DNA from: a virus | Taxonomy: Duplodnaviria > Caudoviricetes | Strand: one strand, 5' to 3' | DNA: 60,348 nucleotides | Virus record (IMG/VR): IMGVR_UViG_3300030606_000007 | Coordinates: 1-60,348 of that record | Translations under genes and position numbers: made by a program | Notes under the pieces: generated by a model | What the model was told of the DNA's origin: nothing | Seen by the model: the letters and a program-made list of their open reading frames with translations, nothing else | Database searches by the model: none | Shown here: positions 10,119-20,474 of the stretch, piece by piece | Position numbering within the stretch: position 1 is the stretch's first letter | Layout: every line of letters starts with the position of its first letter

Positions 10119-10666
10119 GCAGGGTGAAGCGCGAAGGCTGGGAGGACCCCGACCTGCTGATACAGGACGCGACCGAGGCCGCCAACCGCCTGCACGACGC
10201 CATCGAGGAAGGGGCCGGCACTGTGAAGAAGGACGACATCACCACCGTGATATCCGCGATCTACCATATGACGGACGAAGGGTGGTTGGCAGTCGTCTTC
10301 GGCCAAAGAGGCGGGAGGCGCGGAGGGCTCGCGCGGGCCAAGGCCCTGTCACCCGAGCGGCGTAAGGAGATCGCGCGTACGGCAGCCCTAGCACGATGGA
10401 GTAAGGAGAAGGGGGAGTCGGGTGGAATGGCTGACGCGCCGATGAAGGTCGGGATAATCCAGACGGACGGCACGGTCCCGGAATCGCCGTCCGGCTCCCC
10501 CACCCGGGCCGTTAGCTCAGTGGAAGCGCGCACCACTGGTGCGCCAGAGCAGCGGGCTTCTAACCCGCAGGTCGCTGGTTCGAGTCCAGCACGGCCCATG
10601 CCACACAACGCGCCCACCCTCGCTAGGGCTGAGGCGCTGGACAGGATGAGCGGGAGGGAGAGGTGA
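10115..10666 (+). CDS. Hypothetical protein with basic GGxARAxxLSPERRKEIA motif; frame stays open through the two RNA elements
   Basis: GTG after GGAGG; recognisable basic motif ending ARW; no stop until 10666. Confidence 0.6.
   Translation: MSRVKREGWEDPDLLIQDATEAANRLHDAIEEGAGTVKKDDITTVISAIYHMTDEGWLAVVFGQRGGRRGGLARAKALSPERRKEIARTAALARWSKEKGESGGMADAPMKVGIIQTDGTVPESPSGSPTRAVSSVEARTTGAPEQRASNPQVAGSSPARPMPHNAPTLARAEALDRMSGRER
10411..10504 (+). ncRNA. tRNA-like structured element (degenerate cloverleaf)
   Basis: GGGGGAGT/GCTCCCCC terminal stem followed by ACC; Leu-like D region GGTGGAATGGCTGACGC; CCGA/TCGG arm; CGGACGGC/GCCGTCCG stem. Confidence 0.5.
10506..10598 (+). tRNA. tRNA-Arg(UCU) with an enlarged D-loop; CCA not encoded
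   Basis: Acceptor GGGCCGT/ACGGCCC, D-stem GCTC/GAGC, anticodon arm GCGGG-CTTCTAA-CCCGC, T-arm GCTGG-TTCGAGT-CCAGC. Confidence 0.85.
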
Positions 10667-10668
10667 GC
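10626..10668 (+). repeat. 43-bp exact direct repeat, copy 2
   Basis: Identical to 9839-9881. Confidence 0.95.
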
Positions 10669-11904
10669 AAGAAAAAGGATGCGCAACCATTGGAAGCGCT
10701 GGAGCGGACCTACGCCTGGCTCATGGAGCACGGCGACCACAACCCGACGTGCAGCCGCCGACAACCGCTCATGGTGCCCGACGGCGCGTACCGCTCCGGA
10801 CTCACGAAGGACTGCGGCGGCCGCTACGCCACGGACGAGGAGCGTGCGAAGGTACCGTGCTCGTGTGGGTGGGACGAACTGATTGCGTTGCTCTGCACGA
10901 CGATAGAAGCCGCACGTCGTTCCGATCCCGTGCTGATAGAGGCTCGACGCCTACTGAGCCAGGCCGACGGGCGCGAGTACATCACCCGGCTGCGCAAGCG
11001 CGGATGGCGACAGCCCGACGCGGAGACGGCAGCCGGCCACTACTGCGACGGCCTGAACGCCGCCCTCCGAATACTTGCCAAGCTCAGCACCCCCGCTAGC
11101 GACTGACCCCGATGAACCCCCGCACCCAAGAAGGAAGGACGCCATGAGCAAGGTGGCGCACGCGCACCCGGTCGAGGACGCGATCCGTCGCAGCCATTGC
11201 TCGCACGACGACAAGGGCAAGCCCGACCACCGTTGCGCCGGGACCTGCACCATCAGCCCGAAGGGGATGACGCTGGAATGCGGGCTCTGTGGCGGCGACT
11301 TCGAGGCGTCGCACCCGTTCCACGAGTACGCGGGGCTTCGCGCGAAGGACATCCTAGCCGCCGCCGGCATCTCGTGGAACATGTTGTCGGACGAGGCACG
11401 AATGCGGGCCGCCGACGTGGTGCGTCGCACGCTTTGCCCCGGCTGTGGAGCGGAGACGACGCCACAACGGAACCAGTACAGCAGCTACACCTGCGTATGC
11501 GGCGAGTGGTGGTTCAGCGAACGATGGATGAAGCGACTGTGAGCCCCAACCCCCGCACCCGAGAAGCCCGCGACCGTGAGCGCACCGAGCTCGCACGCGC
11601 TGAGGGCAGGGAGCTGCTGTCGTGGGTGCAGGGGGCGCCGAGAGTCGTGGGTTTCGATGTGGAGTCGGATGGCTCGCCCGTGCTATGGAAGGCGCACAAG
11701 AGGCTCGCCGAGATGGCGGAGGACGGCGTGGGCGACAAGGGCGGGCGCTGTCTGTACGAGGCGCTGCTGGCTCACGAGGTGCGCGGGCTGCCGCTCATCG
11801 AAGCGTGTGAGGCGTGGTTGCGCGAGGTCGGTGAGCCGGAAGAGGAGGACTGGGAGACGGACGATTGGGACACAGAAGAGGACTGGCGAGAAGAGAAATG
11901 GTAA
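10663..11904 (+). other. Three hypothetical genes (10663-11106, 11144-11542, 11539-11904)
   Basis: RBS-preceded ORFs; Cys-rich; the last has an acidic tail. Confidence 0.65.
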
Positions 11905-11929
11905 CAACCCGCAAACGGAGGGCAACATA

Positions 11930-12511
11930 ATGGCTGTCTACGTATCCGATTCCGGCGGCGGCAACTTCACGCCGCACCCTGAAGGCCAGTACCCCGCGCG
12001 CTGCATCGACGTGGTCGACGTGGGCTGGGTCCGCACCGACTACGGGCCGAAGGCCAAGGTCCGCCTCACTTTCTTCTGTGGTGAGACGGAGGAGAAGACG
12101 ATCGACGGCGAGAAGGTCGTGATGCCGCTATGCGTGTTCTCGACGTTCGGGAAGACGCTGAACGAGCGTGGCAACCTGCGCCCGTTCTTGGAGTCATGGC
12201 GCAGTCGCGTCTTCACGGGCGACGAGCTTGGACGCTTCGACTTGGAGAAGCTCCTGAACGCGCCTGCGTTCATCCAGATCGTCCATCGTCAGAGCAACGG
12301 CAACATCTACGCGAACGTGAAGACGATCATGAAGCTGCCGCCGAACATGACGGCACCGGACCGGCCCGACGACTTCGAGCGGGCGTGCGAGCGCGAGGGC
12401 TGGACCGGCCCGGCACCGCATCCGGACGCGCAGCCGAGCGAGAACGGCGAAGACACGACCGACTACAGCCAGGTCGACCCCACTGACGAGAACGACGGGC
12501 TGCCGTTCTAG
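11930..12511 (+). CDS. Phage ssDNA-binding protein-like (OB-fold, DUF669-type)
   Basis: FTPHPEGQYPARCIDVVDVG N-terminus; acidic C-terminus ending DENDGLPF. Confidence 0.75.
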   Translation: MAVYVSDSGGGNFTPHPEGQYPARCIDVVDVGWVRTDYGPKAKVRLTFFCGETEEKTIDGEKVVMPLCVFSTFGKTLNERGNLRPFLESWRSRVFTGDELGRFDLEKLLNAPAFIQIVHRQSNGNIYANVKTIMKLPPNMTAPDRPDDFERACEREGWTGPAPHPDAQPSENGEDTTDYSQVDPTDENDGLPF

Positions 12512-12512
12512 G

Positions 12513-12938
12513 ATGAAGCGCACCCCCATGCCCCCCCGCAAGTCCCGCCTCGCCTCCGGCTCCGGCCCCGCACGCACGGCCAAGCTGAATCCCGTCAACA
12601 AGCGCACGAAGAAGCGCAGGAAGGACGCGGGCGAGGTCTACGGTCCCTACTACATCCTGGTAGCGAACATGCCGACGTGTGTGGTCGCTCGTGGTTGGGC
12701 GCTCCACCGCTGCCGCTACTACGAGGACAGACGACCCGAGGCGCACCACGTCACAAGGGTGGGGGCTGGTGGGAAGGACGCGGGGAACCTCGTAGACGTG
12801 TGCAACGCTGGCCATGATTGGATTCACGACACACCGGCTTCTCGTGTGGAGGCGATGCTGGGGTTCAGTCTGGCGGACGAGGCGGTGAGGCTGGCGAGGG
12901 AGATACCAAGGGAGGGGACGGATGCGCGCAATGCTTAG
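12513..12938 (+). CDS. HNH-like nuclease (Nin-region type)
   Basis: MKRTP basic N-terminus; EAHHV...GAGGKD.GNLVDVC..GHDWIH. Confidence 0.65.
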   Translation: MKRTPMPPRKSRLASGSGPARTAKLNPVNKRTKKRRKDAGEVYGPYYILVANMPTCVVARGWALHRCRYYEDRRPEAHHVTRVGAGGKDAGNLVDVCNAGHDWIHDTPASRVEAMLGFSLADEAVRLAREIPREGTDARNA

Positions 12939-15900
12939 GCGTCTGTTCGGCCGGCGGCAGCGCCCGCCTAGCCCAGAACCGCCGTCGTGCCGAGCGCAGC
13001 CCTTGGCGTGGCTCGACCCGCTGTGGTACCTAAGGCCGCGCTTAGCAGCGATCGTGGGCGCTGACAAGGTCAACGACGTGCTGCGGCTCGTCTACACCCG
13101 GCGTGCCCGTGACGAGCTTGTCGCAGCGTTCGCCCTGACGGATGGCTGGTGGCATGAGGACGAGGTGTCCGCAGACGACGCCTGGAGGGTTGCGCGCGAC
13201 GCCGTCGCGAAAGCCAGGGGGGAAGAACATGGGTGAGATAAGAATCCCTGGCTATTCGCTGAGCCTGTTTTGCGACGCGGGGGCGTGCGAGAACTCAGTA
13301 AGGGTTTACAACACTAGCACCCGGAGGGCGCGGGAGCAGGCCAGGAACCTCGGCTGGATGATGGCGGGCACCCTCCCGCTGGCGGAGCGCTCGGAGGGCT
13401 TGCCGCCTGCCTGGGTCTGTCCGACGTGCGCTAAGCACACGCTCGACGCTCGCGAAACCGCAGAGGAGCCACGATGAGCTTTTACTTGGGTGTCGGGCTC
13501 CGTAGTGCAGCCCTCGTGACCGCTATCCTGTCCGGCGCCTCTGCCATAGCAACGACGGGGACAGTGGCCGATGTCGTCATGTACACCTTCGCGTGCGTCG
13601 TATTCGCTACAGCCTTCGTTGTGACCGGCAAAGGAGGAGCATGAGTAGCATCGCGCTGCCCTGTCTGCCGAGCAAGACGCATGACCACCAGGAAGTCCGG
13701 CCCGTGGCCCCACGGGGATGCGACTACTCCGGCGTACCGGCCTGGGAAGCTGGCACGGTCCGGCTCCCGAAACACTTGGAGGTGAAATGGTGAGCGAGCG
13801 CGCCAGGGGGGACACGGACGTGGTGACGCGGCTGAGGCACCGTGCGAGGTGGGATGTGGATGGCGACACCGCTGCGCTCATGCGTGAAGCCGCCGCCGAG
13901 GTCGAGCGTCTCCGTGCGGCTGCCGGCGGAGCGAGCCAGAGGACGGAGCCCCGGTGCGTCCTCAAGGGGTGGGCGCAGTGGGTCGATGACGAAAACTGGC
14001 TGTTCGCGATCACGGACGAGCCGAGCATGGCGCAGGAGCCCGCGACACTGACCATCGAGCCGGACGTGGGAAACGATGACTGAGCGGGAGACGCCCGGTT
14101 ACTTCTACTTCGCCGATGCCCCCGGCGTTGCCATCCCTTGGCAGCACATCGCGAGGATGCTCAACGACGCCGGTCACGACGTGATGGCACAGCCGGGGTT
14201 CAGGCGTATCGCGCATCCGCTCGGTTATGTGGTGGTCGAGACAGCGACCATACCCGACACGGGAGAAGTCGCGCGATGGACGGTAGGCGCGACCGTGCAT
14301 CCCGACCGCGAATCCGCAGAAGCGTTGGCGGCCAAGATCAGGGATGACGACACGGCGCCATTGCACATAGTCGTCACCGTCCACGCCGTCGCTCCCGCCA
14401 CCACCGAGTCCCCATGAGCGCCCGACTACCCATGCACCCCACCGAGCGAGCCCTATGGACACAACGCGCCCTCGTGTGCGCTCTCATCTTCGGAGTCTAC
14501 GTCGCCGGCTACGTGACCTGCGGATGGCACTCGGAGCGCGAGCTGTCCGCTGCTGAAGCTGTCGTCCCCACAATGGAGACGCTGCTGTCGGTGAGCGAGC
14601 GAGCTGCTGAGGAGACGGAAGGAGCGCGCACGCTGCTACGTGAGGTACCGACCTGTTCGCCGCCTGCACGGATGGTGCCGGTGGCTACCGAGGAGGCTAA
14701 CTGAAATGAGCTGGCAAGAGCTGATCGGATTCGTGGCGGCGCTCGCGACCGTCGCGTTCATCTTCTGGACTGTGAGGGAGCCATGAGTGAGATGCCGAAG
14801 GAGGTCAGGGCGTGGGTGACGCGGGAAGGGTTGGCGCACGGATTCGGGTCATTCGGTGAAGCTCATGACCTGCGTGGCGTCCCCGTGCGCATCCTCCCAT
14901 ACCCGCCTGACGACCCGCCGCCGGAGTGGGAGCGAGGGCAGAAGGTGCGGATGAAGTACCGCCCGCACCGCACAGAGACCGTGTTCAGCGACATCTACCG
15001 GAACAGCCGCGACGAGTGGTGCTTCCAGAACGCGGGCAACCATGCGGAACTCTGCGCCTCATTCGAGCCCGTCCCCACCACGGAGAGCGTGACGCTCAGG
15101 TTCACGGGCGATCCAGAGCGGATTAAGCGGGTGCGGGAAGCTGGCGTGTGGGCTCCGTGGAACGGGCTGGATACGCTCACGGTCGAGGTGGTGGAAGATG
15201 CCTAAGCGCCCCACGGACCTGGAAGCCATCGTGAGCGTGCTGGAAGCTCTGGAATACGGTGAGCGGTGGGAGGAGTACATCCAACGCGGTGATGCGAAGT
15301 TGCACAAGGTCGAGTGCCGCCGCTGCCCGCTCTGCGCCGCACCCCCACCGAACCACACCCCTGAATGCGTCGTTCCTGGAGCTCTCTCGATCGCCAAGCG
15401 GCTCAGGGATGCGGCTGTCGAGGGATGGGTGCCGGAGGTGGCGAAAGGGCCGTGGTCCACGTGGTTCTCGCGCGGCCGCCTCTACCCGACCGATCGCCAC
15501 TGCCTGCTCATTCCGCTCGCGGCCGACCCGGAGAAGCCCGATGCCGACTGACATCCGCTGGGAGCTCCTACCCGTGTGGGCTGCTGTCCTGCTGGCTGTC
15601 GCGTATGGGCTGTCGAGGTGGGGACGGAGGCGGGAGCCATGAGCGTCTTCGATCGTGCGATGGAAGCGCACCGAAGGCTTGAGCCCGAGTTGTACGAGAA
15701 GGTGGACGCCATCGCGCGCATCATCGATCCGTCCGCGTTCGCTGAATGGCATGACTCGACAGACCCGGACGCACCGCCACGTCGTCCGACCGTACGCCAA
15801 CGCTACATGAGCGCGCACGCGAAGAACGTCGCCTACCAGATCCTGCAATATCTCGGCATCGCACCGGAAAAGACGGACTGGCTCGCAATCTTCGCGGAGA

Positions 15901-16210
15901 TGGACCGCACCCCACCGAACAGCAACCCCGAACCCTGGAACGGCACGGAGCGCAGGGACGGTGAACGCAGACGGAAGCCTGGGGGACGTGGGGGACGGAG
16001 CACTGACACGGGGAGGGGACGATGATGCACAGATGGGACGTGCAAGCAGGAGACAACTGGTGGTTGAGCTTCGGCTTCCACATCGACCACACCGACCCGA
16101 GCATCACGTTCCACCTACCGGGCATCATCGTGGCTTTCGGCAGACTCAAGCAACCTGGCTTCCGGTGGAGCATCCGGCGCATTGGCGAAACGGAGGAAGG
16201 TCATGGCTGA
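12922..16210 (+). other. Array of small hypothetical genes (e.g. 12922-13236, 13229-13477, 13787-14083, 14076-14417, 14414-14704, 14783-15205, 15198-15551, 15639-16025, 16022-16210)
   Basis: Tightly coupled + strand ORFs with RBSs; 14414-14704 has an N-terminal TM helix. Confidence 0.6.
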
Positions 16211-17192
16211 GCGAAACGTGGTGGACATCGGCCGCCACAAGCGACCGGACGGCAGTGAGTGCGATTACCTGGCGTACGCGATCCCCGTCCTTGCGTGCAA
16301 CAAGTGCGGATACGTCGAACAAGGAAGCGCCACCCCCGCACCTGAGCCGATCACAGACCCGAGGGCAGCCTACATGAACCTGCGGACGTGCGTCTGCGGG
16401 GCCGATGCCCGCGACCACACGGCGCTGTCGTGTGGTGGCTTCGACCCGGCATGGGGCGACGTGCGCGAGTGGGTGGAATCGCTCGCCGCCCCCGCACCTA
16501 CTAAGCCCGAGCCGATTAGTAGCGGATTAGTAGGTCGGGAGGCGGGGGCGCAGCACGACTGCGACCACTGGCGCGCTGAGGGAATCGGGTGCGCACGCTG
16601 CAATCCGATCGCCCGCGAGCTTGCCGCACCCGAGCCGGTGACGCAGGATGCGCCCCCCGGCACCGACTTGGTCGTCATCTGGAGCGGAGAGCATCACGCG
16701 TACTGGCGACCGGAAGGACGCGGCTACACGACGCAACTACTCGGCGCGGGAATCTACACGAGGGCCGACGCGATCCGCCGGACCGCTCACTGCGGCCCCG
16801 AGAAGGAGGTCGAGATCGCGGCGCTCGCGGAAATCAGCAGCGTCATCGTTGAGCCGGGCACTGTGTTCGAGCACTTCGCCCGGCTCCGCTCCCCCGAGTC
16901 CACCCGCTCAGGGCCGGGCGTGCCCGAGCGGATGTTTCCGATTCAGAAGGGCACGCCCGTTCCGTGGTCGCAGGCCGAGATCGCCTACGTCACGTACCGG
17001 CGGCTGTTAGGCGGGTCACAGACGCTCGAACGCCTGGCCGAGCGTGGTGGGTTCGGGGAAAATGAGTACCGGCTGCTTCGCGCGGGCAAGAACCCGATCG
17101 GCGGCGAGCAGGTCTGGGACCCGGACAGGTGCCCGACGTGTTACGCCCCGTCCGTAGGGCCGGGCGTGCCGGTGGAGAGCGAGGGCACATGA
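16203..17192 (+). CDS. Mosaic hypothetical protein of short domains joined by APAP/APEP and GPGVP linkers
   Basis: Repeated linkers; small CxxC modules; WSGEHHAYWRPEGRGYT and SQTLERLAERGGFG segments. Confidence 0.65.
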   Translation: MAERNVVDIGRHKRPDGSECDYLAYAIPVLACNKCGYVEQGSATPAPEPITDPRAAYMNLRTCVCGADARDHTALSCGGFDPAWGDVREWVESLAAPAPTKPEPISSGLVGREAGAQHDCDHWRAEGIGCARCNPIARELAAPEPVTQDAPPGTDLVVIWSGEHHAYWRPEGRGYTTQLLGAGIYTRADAIRRTAHCGPEKEVEIAALAEISSVIVEPGTVFEHFARLRSPESTRSGPGVPERMFPIQKGTPVPWSQAEIAYVTYRRLLGGSQTLERLAERGGFGENEYRLLRAGKNPIGGEQVWDPDRCPTCYAPSVGPGVPVESEGT

Positions 17193-17337
17193 TACGCCTC
17201 ATACGCACGGTCAACGGACACGAGCAGCCCTGCGGCTGGTGGCCTGACTCCAAGCGCGCCGATCTGGAGGCGTGGATCGGGCGGAAGGTCGGACAGCACC
17301 GGCCGTACCGGATCGAGGAGCGCGAGGAGCCAGCCCC

Positions 17338-18150
17338 ATGACGACCACGACGGCCGTCCGCGAGCGTCCCATCATCATGTCCGCGCCGATGGTGCGGGCG
17401 ATCATCGACGAGCGGAAGACGGTGACGCGGCGGGTCGTGAAGCCGCAGGCGTGGTCGTACAACACCGATGCGCTCGGACAGCCCGTTCTCTATCCGCGTT
17501 CCGGCCCCGAGGACTTCGGGGACGTCTCGCGGCCGATCCGCTGCCCCTACGGCGAGCCGGGGGGCCTGCTCTGGGTTCGCGAGGCGTGGCGTCCGTGGTC
17601 GTGGCATGAGGGCGAGCCAATCACGCTGGAATACAAGGCGGGAGGTCCGCGCCACGACTGCAACGACGCGTACGAGCACTCCGAGGATTGGGAGGAGCGC
17701 ATCTGGATCTCTGTGTCCGATGAGTTGAACACGAAGGGTGTCGAGGTCGACGAGGACGGGCTCTACCGATGGGAGGAAAGCCCGCTGCGGTGGAGGCCCG
17801 GCATCCACCTACCGAAGTTCGGCGCTCGCATCTGGCTCCGCGTGACGGACGTGCGGGTCGAGCGGCTGCAAGAGATCACGACCGAGGACGTGTTCGCCGA
17901 GGGCATTCAGATCCCGGTGAGCGAACCGAACCAGCCGCTTCTCCGAATCGCCAAGCCTGGCAAGTCACCGGCCGCCGCGTCCTACCTACCGAAGGGTCGC
18001 CTGCTGCCGGGACATGAGCCGCTGACGACGGACGAGTGGGCCCGCATCTACTTCGCCGAGAGGTGGGACAGTCTGAATTACCAGCGCGCGCCGTGGTCGG
18101 ATGACCCGTACGTCTGGCGCATCACCTTCGAGCGGACGGAGCGACCATGA
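17338..18150 (+). CDS. ASCH/PUA-like phage protein
   Basis: ERPIIMSAPMVRAIIDERKTVTRR...CPYG.PG..LWVRE...WRPGIHLP...VRVERLQEIT. Confidence 0.8.
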   Translation: MTTTTAVRERPIIMSAPMVRAIIDERKTVTRRVVKPQAWSYNTDALGQPVLYPRSGPEDFGDVSRPIRCPYGEPGGLLWVREAWRPWSWHEGEPITLEYKAGGPRHDCNDAYEHSEDWEERIWISVSDELNTKGVEVDEDGLYRWEESPLRWRPGIHLPKFGARIWLRVTDVRVERLQEITTEDVFAEGIQIPVSEPNQPLLRIAKPGKSPAAASYLPKGRLLPGHEPLTTDEWARIYFAERWDSLNYQRAPWSDDPYVWRITFERTERP

Positions 18151-18522
18151 CCGCCTCCATCTTCTTCGGTGTCCTGACCGTCTGGACTGCCGGACTCCTC
18201 GCTGGCTGGCTCATGCGTGGGTGGTCCGATGCCGCGAACAAGGCGAAGCGCCGCACGTCTCGGCTGCTGGAGAGCGTGGAGGCCAAGAGACGACGGGATG
18301 GGATGAGGGCCGTGCGGTGAACGAGTACGTGAACACCCGCCGCATCTCCTACGACGTAGACGGATGCGCGGCCGTGTTCGTGCCGGTGTGCGAGACGTGC
18401 GGCAGGTTCGCGAGGGCGGATGAGACGGTGCTGATCGGTGAGGAGGCGGGGCTGCATCCGGGGCCGAATGCGACTTGTAAGCGATGTGGGCGCGTCAGGA
18501 TGTTGTTCGAGGGGTTCATGCC

Positions 18523-18900
18523 GTGAGGGAGTCCGCCATCAGCAACGCAATCGAGATGACGCTGCCCATGCCCGCAAATCTTGGGAACGCAAGGCTTCAT
18601 TGGCGAGCTAAGTGGCGCGCCAAGCAGGACTTCTACCGGGCCTCGGACGAGCGCCAGCAATTCCACCTCGTGCCGGCGCCACCGAAGGAACGGCTTACGA
18701 ACGTGACCGTCCGCGCCCACTTCTACCTACACAACCGCATGGACCCCGACAACCTACACGCCCGCATGAAGCACGTTCTCGACTGGCTGGTGACACGCGG
18801 CTACCTGGTGGACGACTCACCAGAGCACGTCACACTCGACGTACAGCAGAGCATCGAGCGGCGAAACAAGCGGGTGGAATTGATTCTGGAGCCCGCGTGA
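18523..18900 (+). CDS. RusA-like Holliday junction resolvase
   Basis: MDPDNLHARMKHVLDWLVTRGYLVDDS matches the RusA D-x-DN...K...D...DD pattern. Confidence 0.75.
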   Translation: MRESAISNAIEMTLPMPANLGNARLHWRAKWRAKQDFYRASDERQQFHLVPAPPKERLTNVTVRAHFYLHNRMDPDNLHARMKHVLDWLVTRGYLVDDSPEHVTLDVQQSIERRNKRVELILEPA

Positions 18901-19132
18901 ACATCCCCCGCATCAGAAGCCTACGCGCTCAGGTAGCGGCGCTCGAAGCGTTCCGCGAAGCGATGTACGACGAGATGGACTCACAGGAGTTCGACGCGCT
19001 GGCGAAGCTCATGATTCCCACGACCGACCGCATCCTGCACGAGCTGGCGCGCGAAGAACAAGGCGAGGACTACGTGCCGTACCCGCATCCGATCGGGCAG
19101 GAATGGTGGAAGACTCAGGATCCGGAGCCATC

Positions 19133-19498
19133 GTGAGCATCGCGGACTCACTCGCCAGCCTACCGGGCTCGACCCGCATCGAGTCCGTCACGATAGGTAC
19201 CCGGGGCTCGACGGTGGACGAGATACGGGCGGCGCTGGCGAATGGTGGGCAGCCGGCCTACATCACGACGACCGAGGCTGCCAGGCGCTTCTCCTACTCG
19301 GCCGAGACGTGGGCCAAGTGGGCACCGGACATCCACGGAGCCTACAAGGACCGGATGTGGCGCTTGCCGCTCGCGGCGTGTGAGGCCCATGTTGCCGCGC
19401 TCGCCCGACCACGGAGGATGCGTGGCCCCTGGAAGGCCCCAAAGACAGCGACCGCACCGGCCGGACGTTCTCGGCCCCCGCATCTACAGGTGCGGTAG
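19133..19498 (+). CDS. HTH protein, putative excisionase
   Basis: YITTTEAARRFSYSAETWAKW; directly upstream of the integrase. Confidence 0.55.
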   Translation: MSIADSLASLPGSTRIESVTIGTRGSTVDEIRAALANGGQPAYITTTEAARRFSYSAETWAKWAPDIHGAYKDRMWRLPLAACEAHVAALARPRRMRGPWKAPKTATAPAGRSRPPHLQVR

Positions 19499-20474
19499 AT
19501 GGCACTCGGTCGACATGCGGCCCTGGGGGCTCGGCAGGTTGACGATGCGAGATCCGAGGCATCCCGGCTGGCCGGAAGCGGGCGAGCGGACGGAGCTACG
19601 CGACGTGGCCGAACGCTGGAAGTGGGCCTATGTGGAGCTCGCTCACTCAGAGCACCGGACGCGGGTGCTCGGGCGCTCGAAGCCACGCACGATCGGCGAC
19701 GCGAAAGCCGAGTACGTTCTGCACCGGAGGGGCGTGGTCGAGCCGCGTACGCTGGCCAACGACGTGACATCGCTCGCGCACCTGGTGAGGGACTTCGGCG
19801 CGGGCACGAGCGTCCACCGGGTCAACCTCCAGAAGACGGCCGATCGGCTGCTGTCGGAGCAGTACACGAGCGCCACGGTCCAGCTTTACGTGCAGACCAT
19901 CGCAACGTTCCTACGCTGGTGTGGAGCGAGCCCCGAGTTCACGCTGCCGAAGAAACAGCGACCCGACGTGCGGGTGTGGACGGACACGGAGATCGGGCGT
20001 CTCAGGAAGCACGCGGGCGACATGCTCATCGCCGTGGATTGCGGGTTATACATGGGGCTCCGACAGGGCGAGATCTACGGACTACGCTGGGAGGACGTGA
20101 GCCAGCAGACGGTGCGCGTGGTGCGCCAGCAGGGCGGCCGGCCGCTCAAGGGCAAGAGAGCGCGGACCGCCGTCATCCTGCCGGGCTGGAATCACGAGCG
20201 GGGCGAGGGCCACGTCTGCCCGCAGTTCGAGGCCACGCGCCAGCACTACGAGTTCCGGGCCATGCTGGTGGCTGCTGGGCTGGACGAGCCGGGCGTGCGC
20301 TTTCATTCGCTTCGCCACACCTACGCGCGGATGTTCCTGGAGGCCAAGCCCGAGATGCGCTTGCTCCAAGCGAGCCTCGGTCACGCATCCGTCACCACGA
20401 CGGAGCGCCTCTACAATTGGCTCCTACCGGACCGAGCGGCAGAGATGGCGAGGGTCGCGATACACGGGGGCTGA
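19422..20474 (+). CDS. int: Tyrosine recombinase/integrase
   Basis: GLRQGEIYGLRWED, FHSLRHTYA, LGHASVTTTERLY; GTG start with GGAGG RBS. Confidence 0.92.
   Translation: MAPGRPQRQRPHRPDVLGPRIYRCGRWHSVDMRPWGLGRLTMRDPRHPGWPEAGERTELRDVAERWKWAYVELAHSEHRTRVLGRSKPRTIGDAKAEYVLHRRGVVEPRTLANDVTSLAHLVRDFGAGTSVHRVNLQKTADRLLSEQYTSATVQLYVQTIATFLRWCGASPEFTLPKKQRPDVRVWTDTEIGRLRKHAGDMLIAVDCGLYMGLRQGEIYGLRWEDVSQQTVRVVRQQGGRPLKGKRARTAVILPGWNHERGEGHVCPQFEATRQHYEFRAMLVAAGLDEPGVRFHSLRHTYARMFLEAKPEMRLLQASLGHASVTTTERLYNWLLPDRAAEMARVAIHGG

Noticed and set aside
10411-10504. SRP (4.5S) RNA, tmRNA or hammerhead ribozyme
   Set aside because: The ends resemble 4.5S/tmRNA, but the SRP GGAA-loop domain, tmRNA length and hammerhead CUGAnGA/GAAA core are absent
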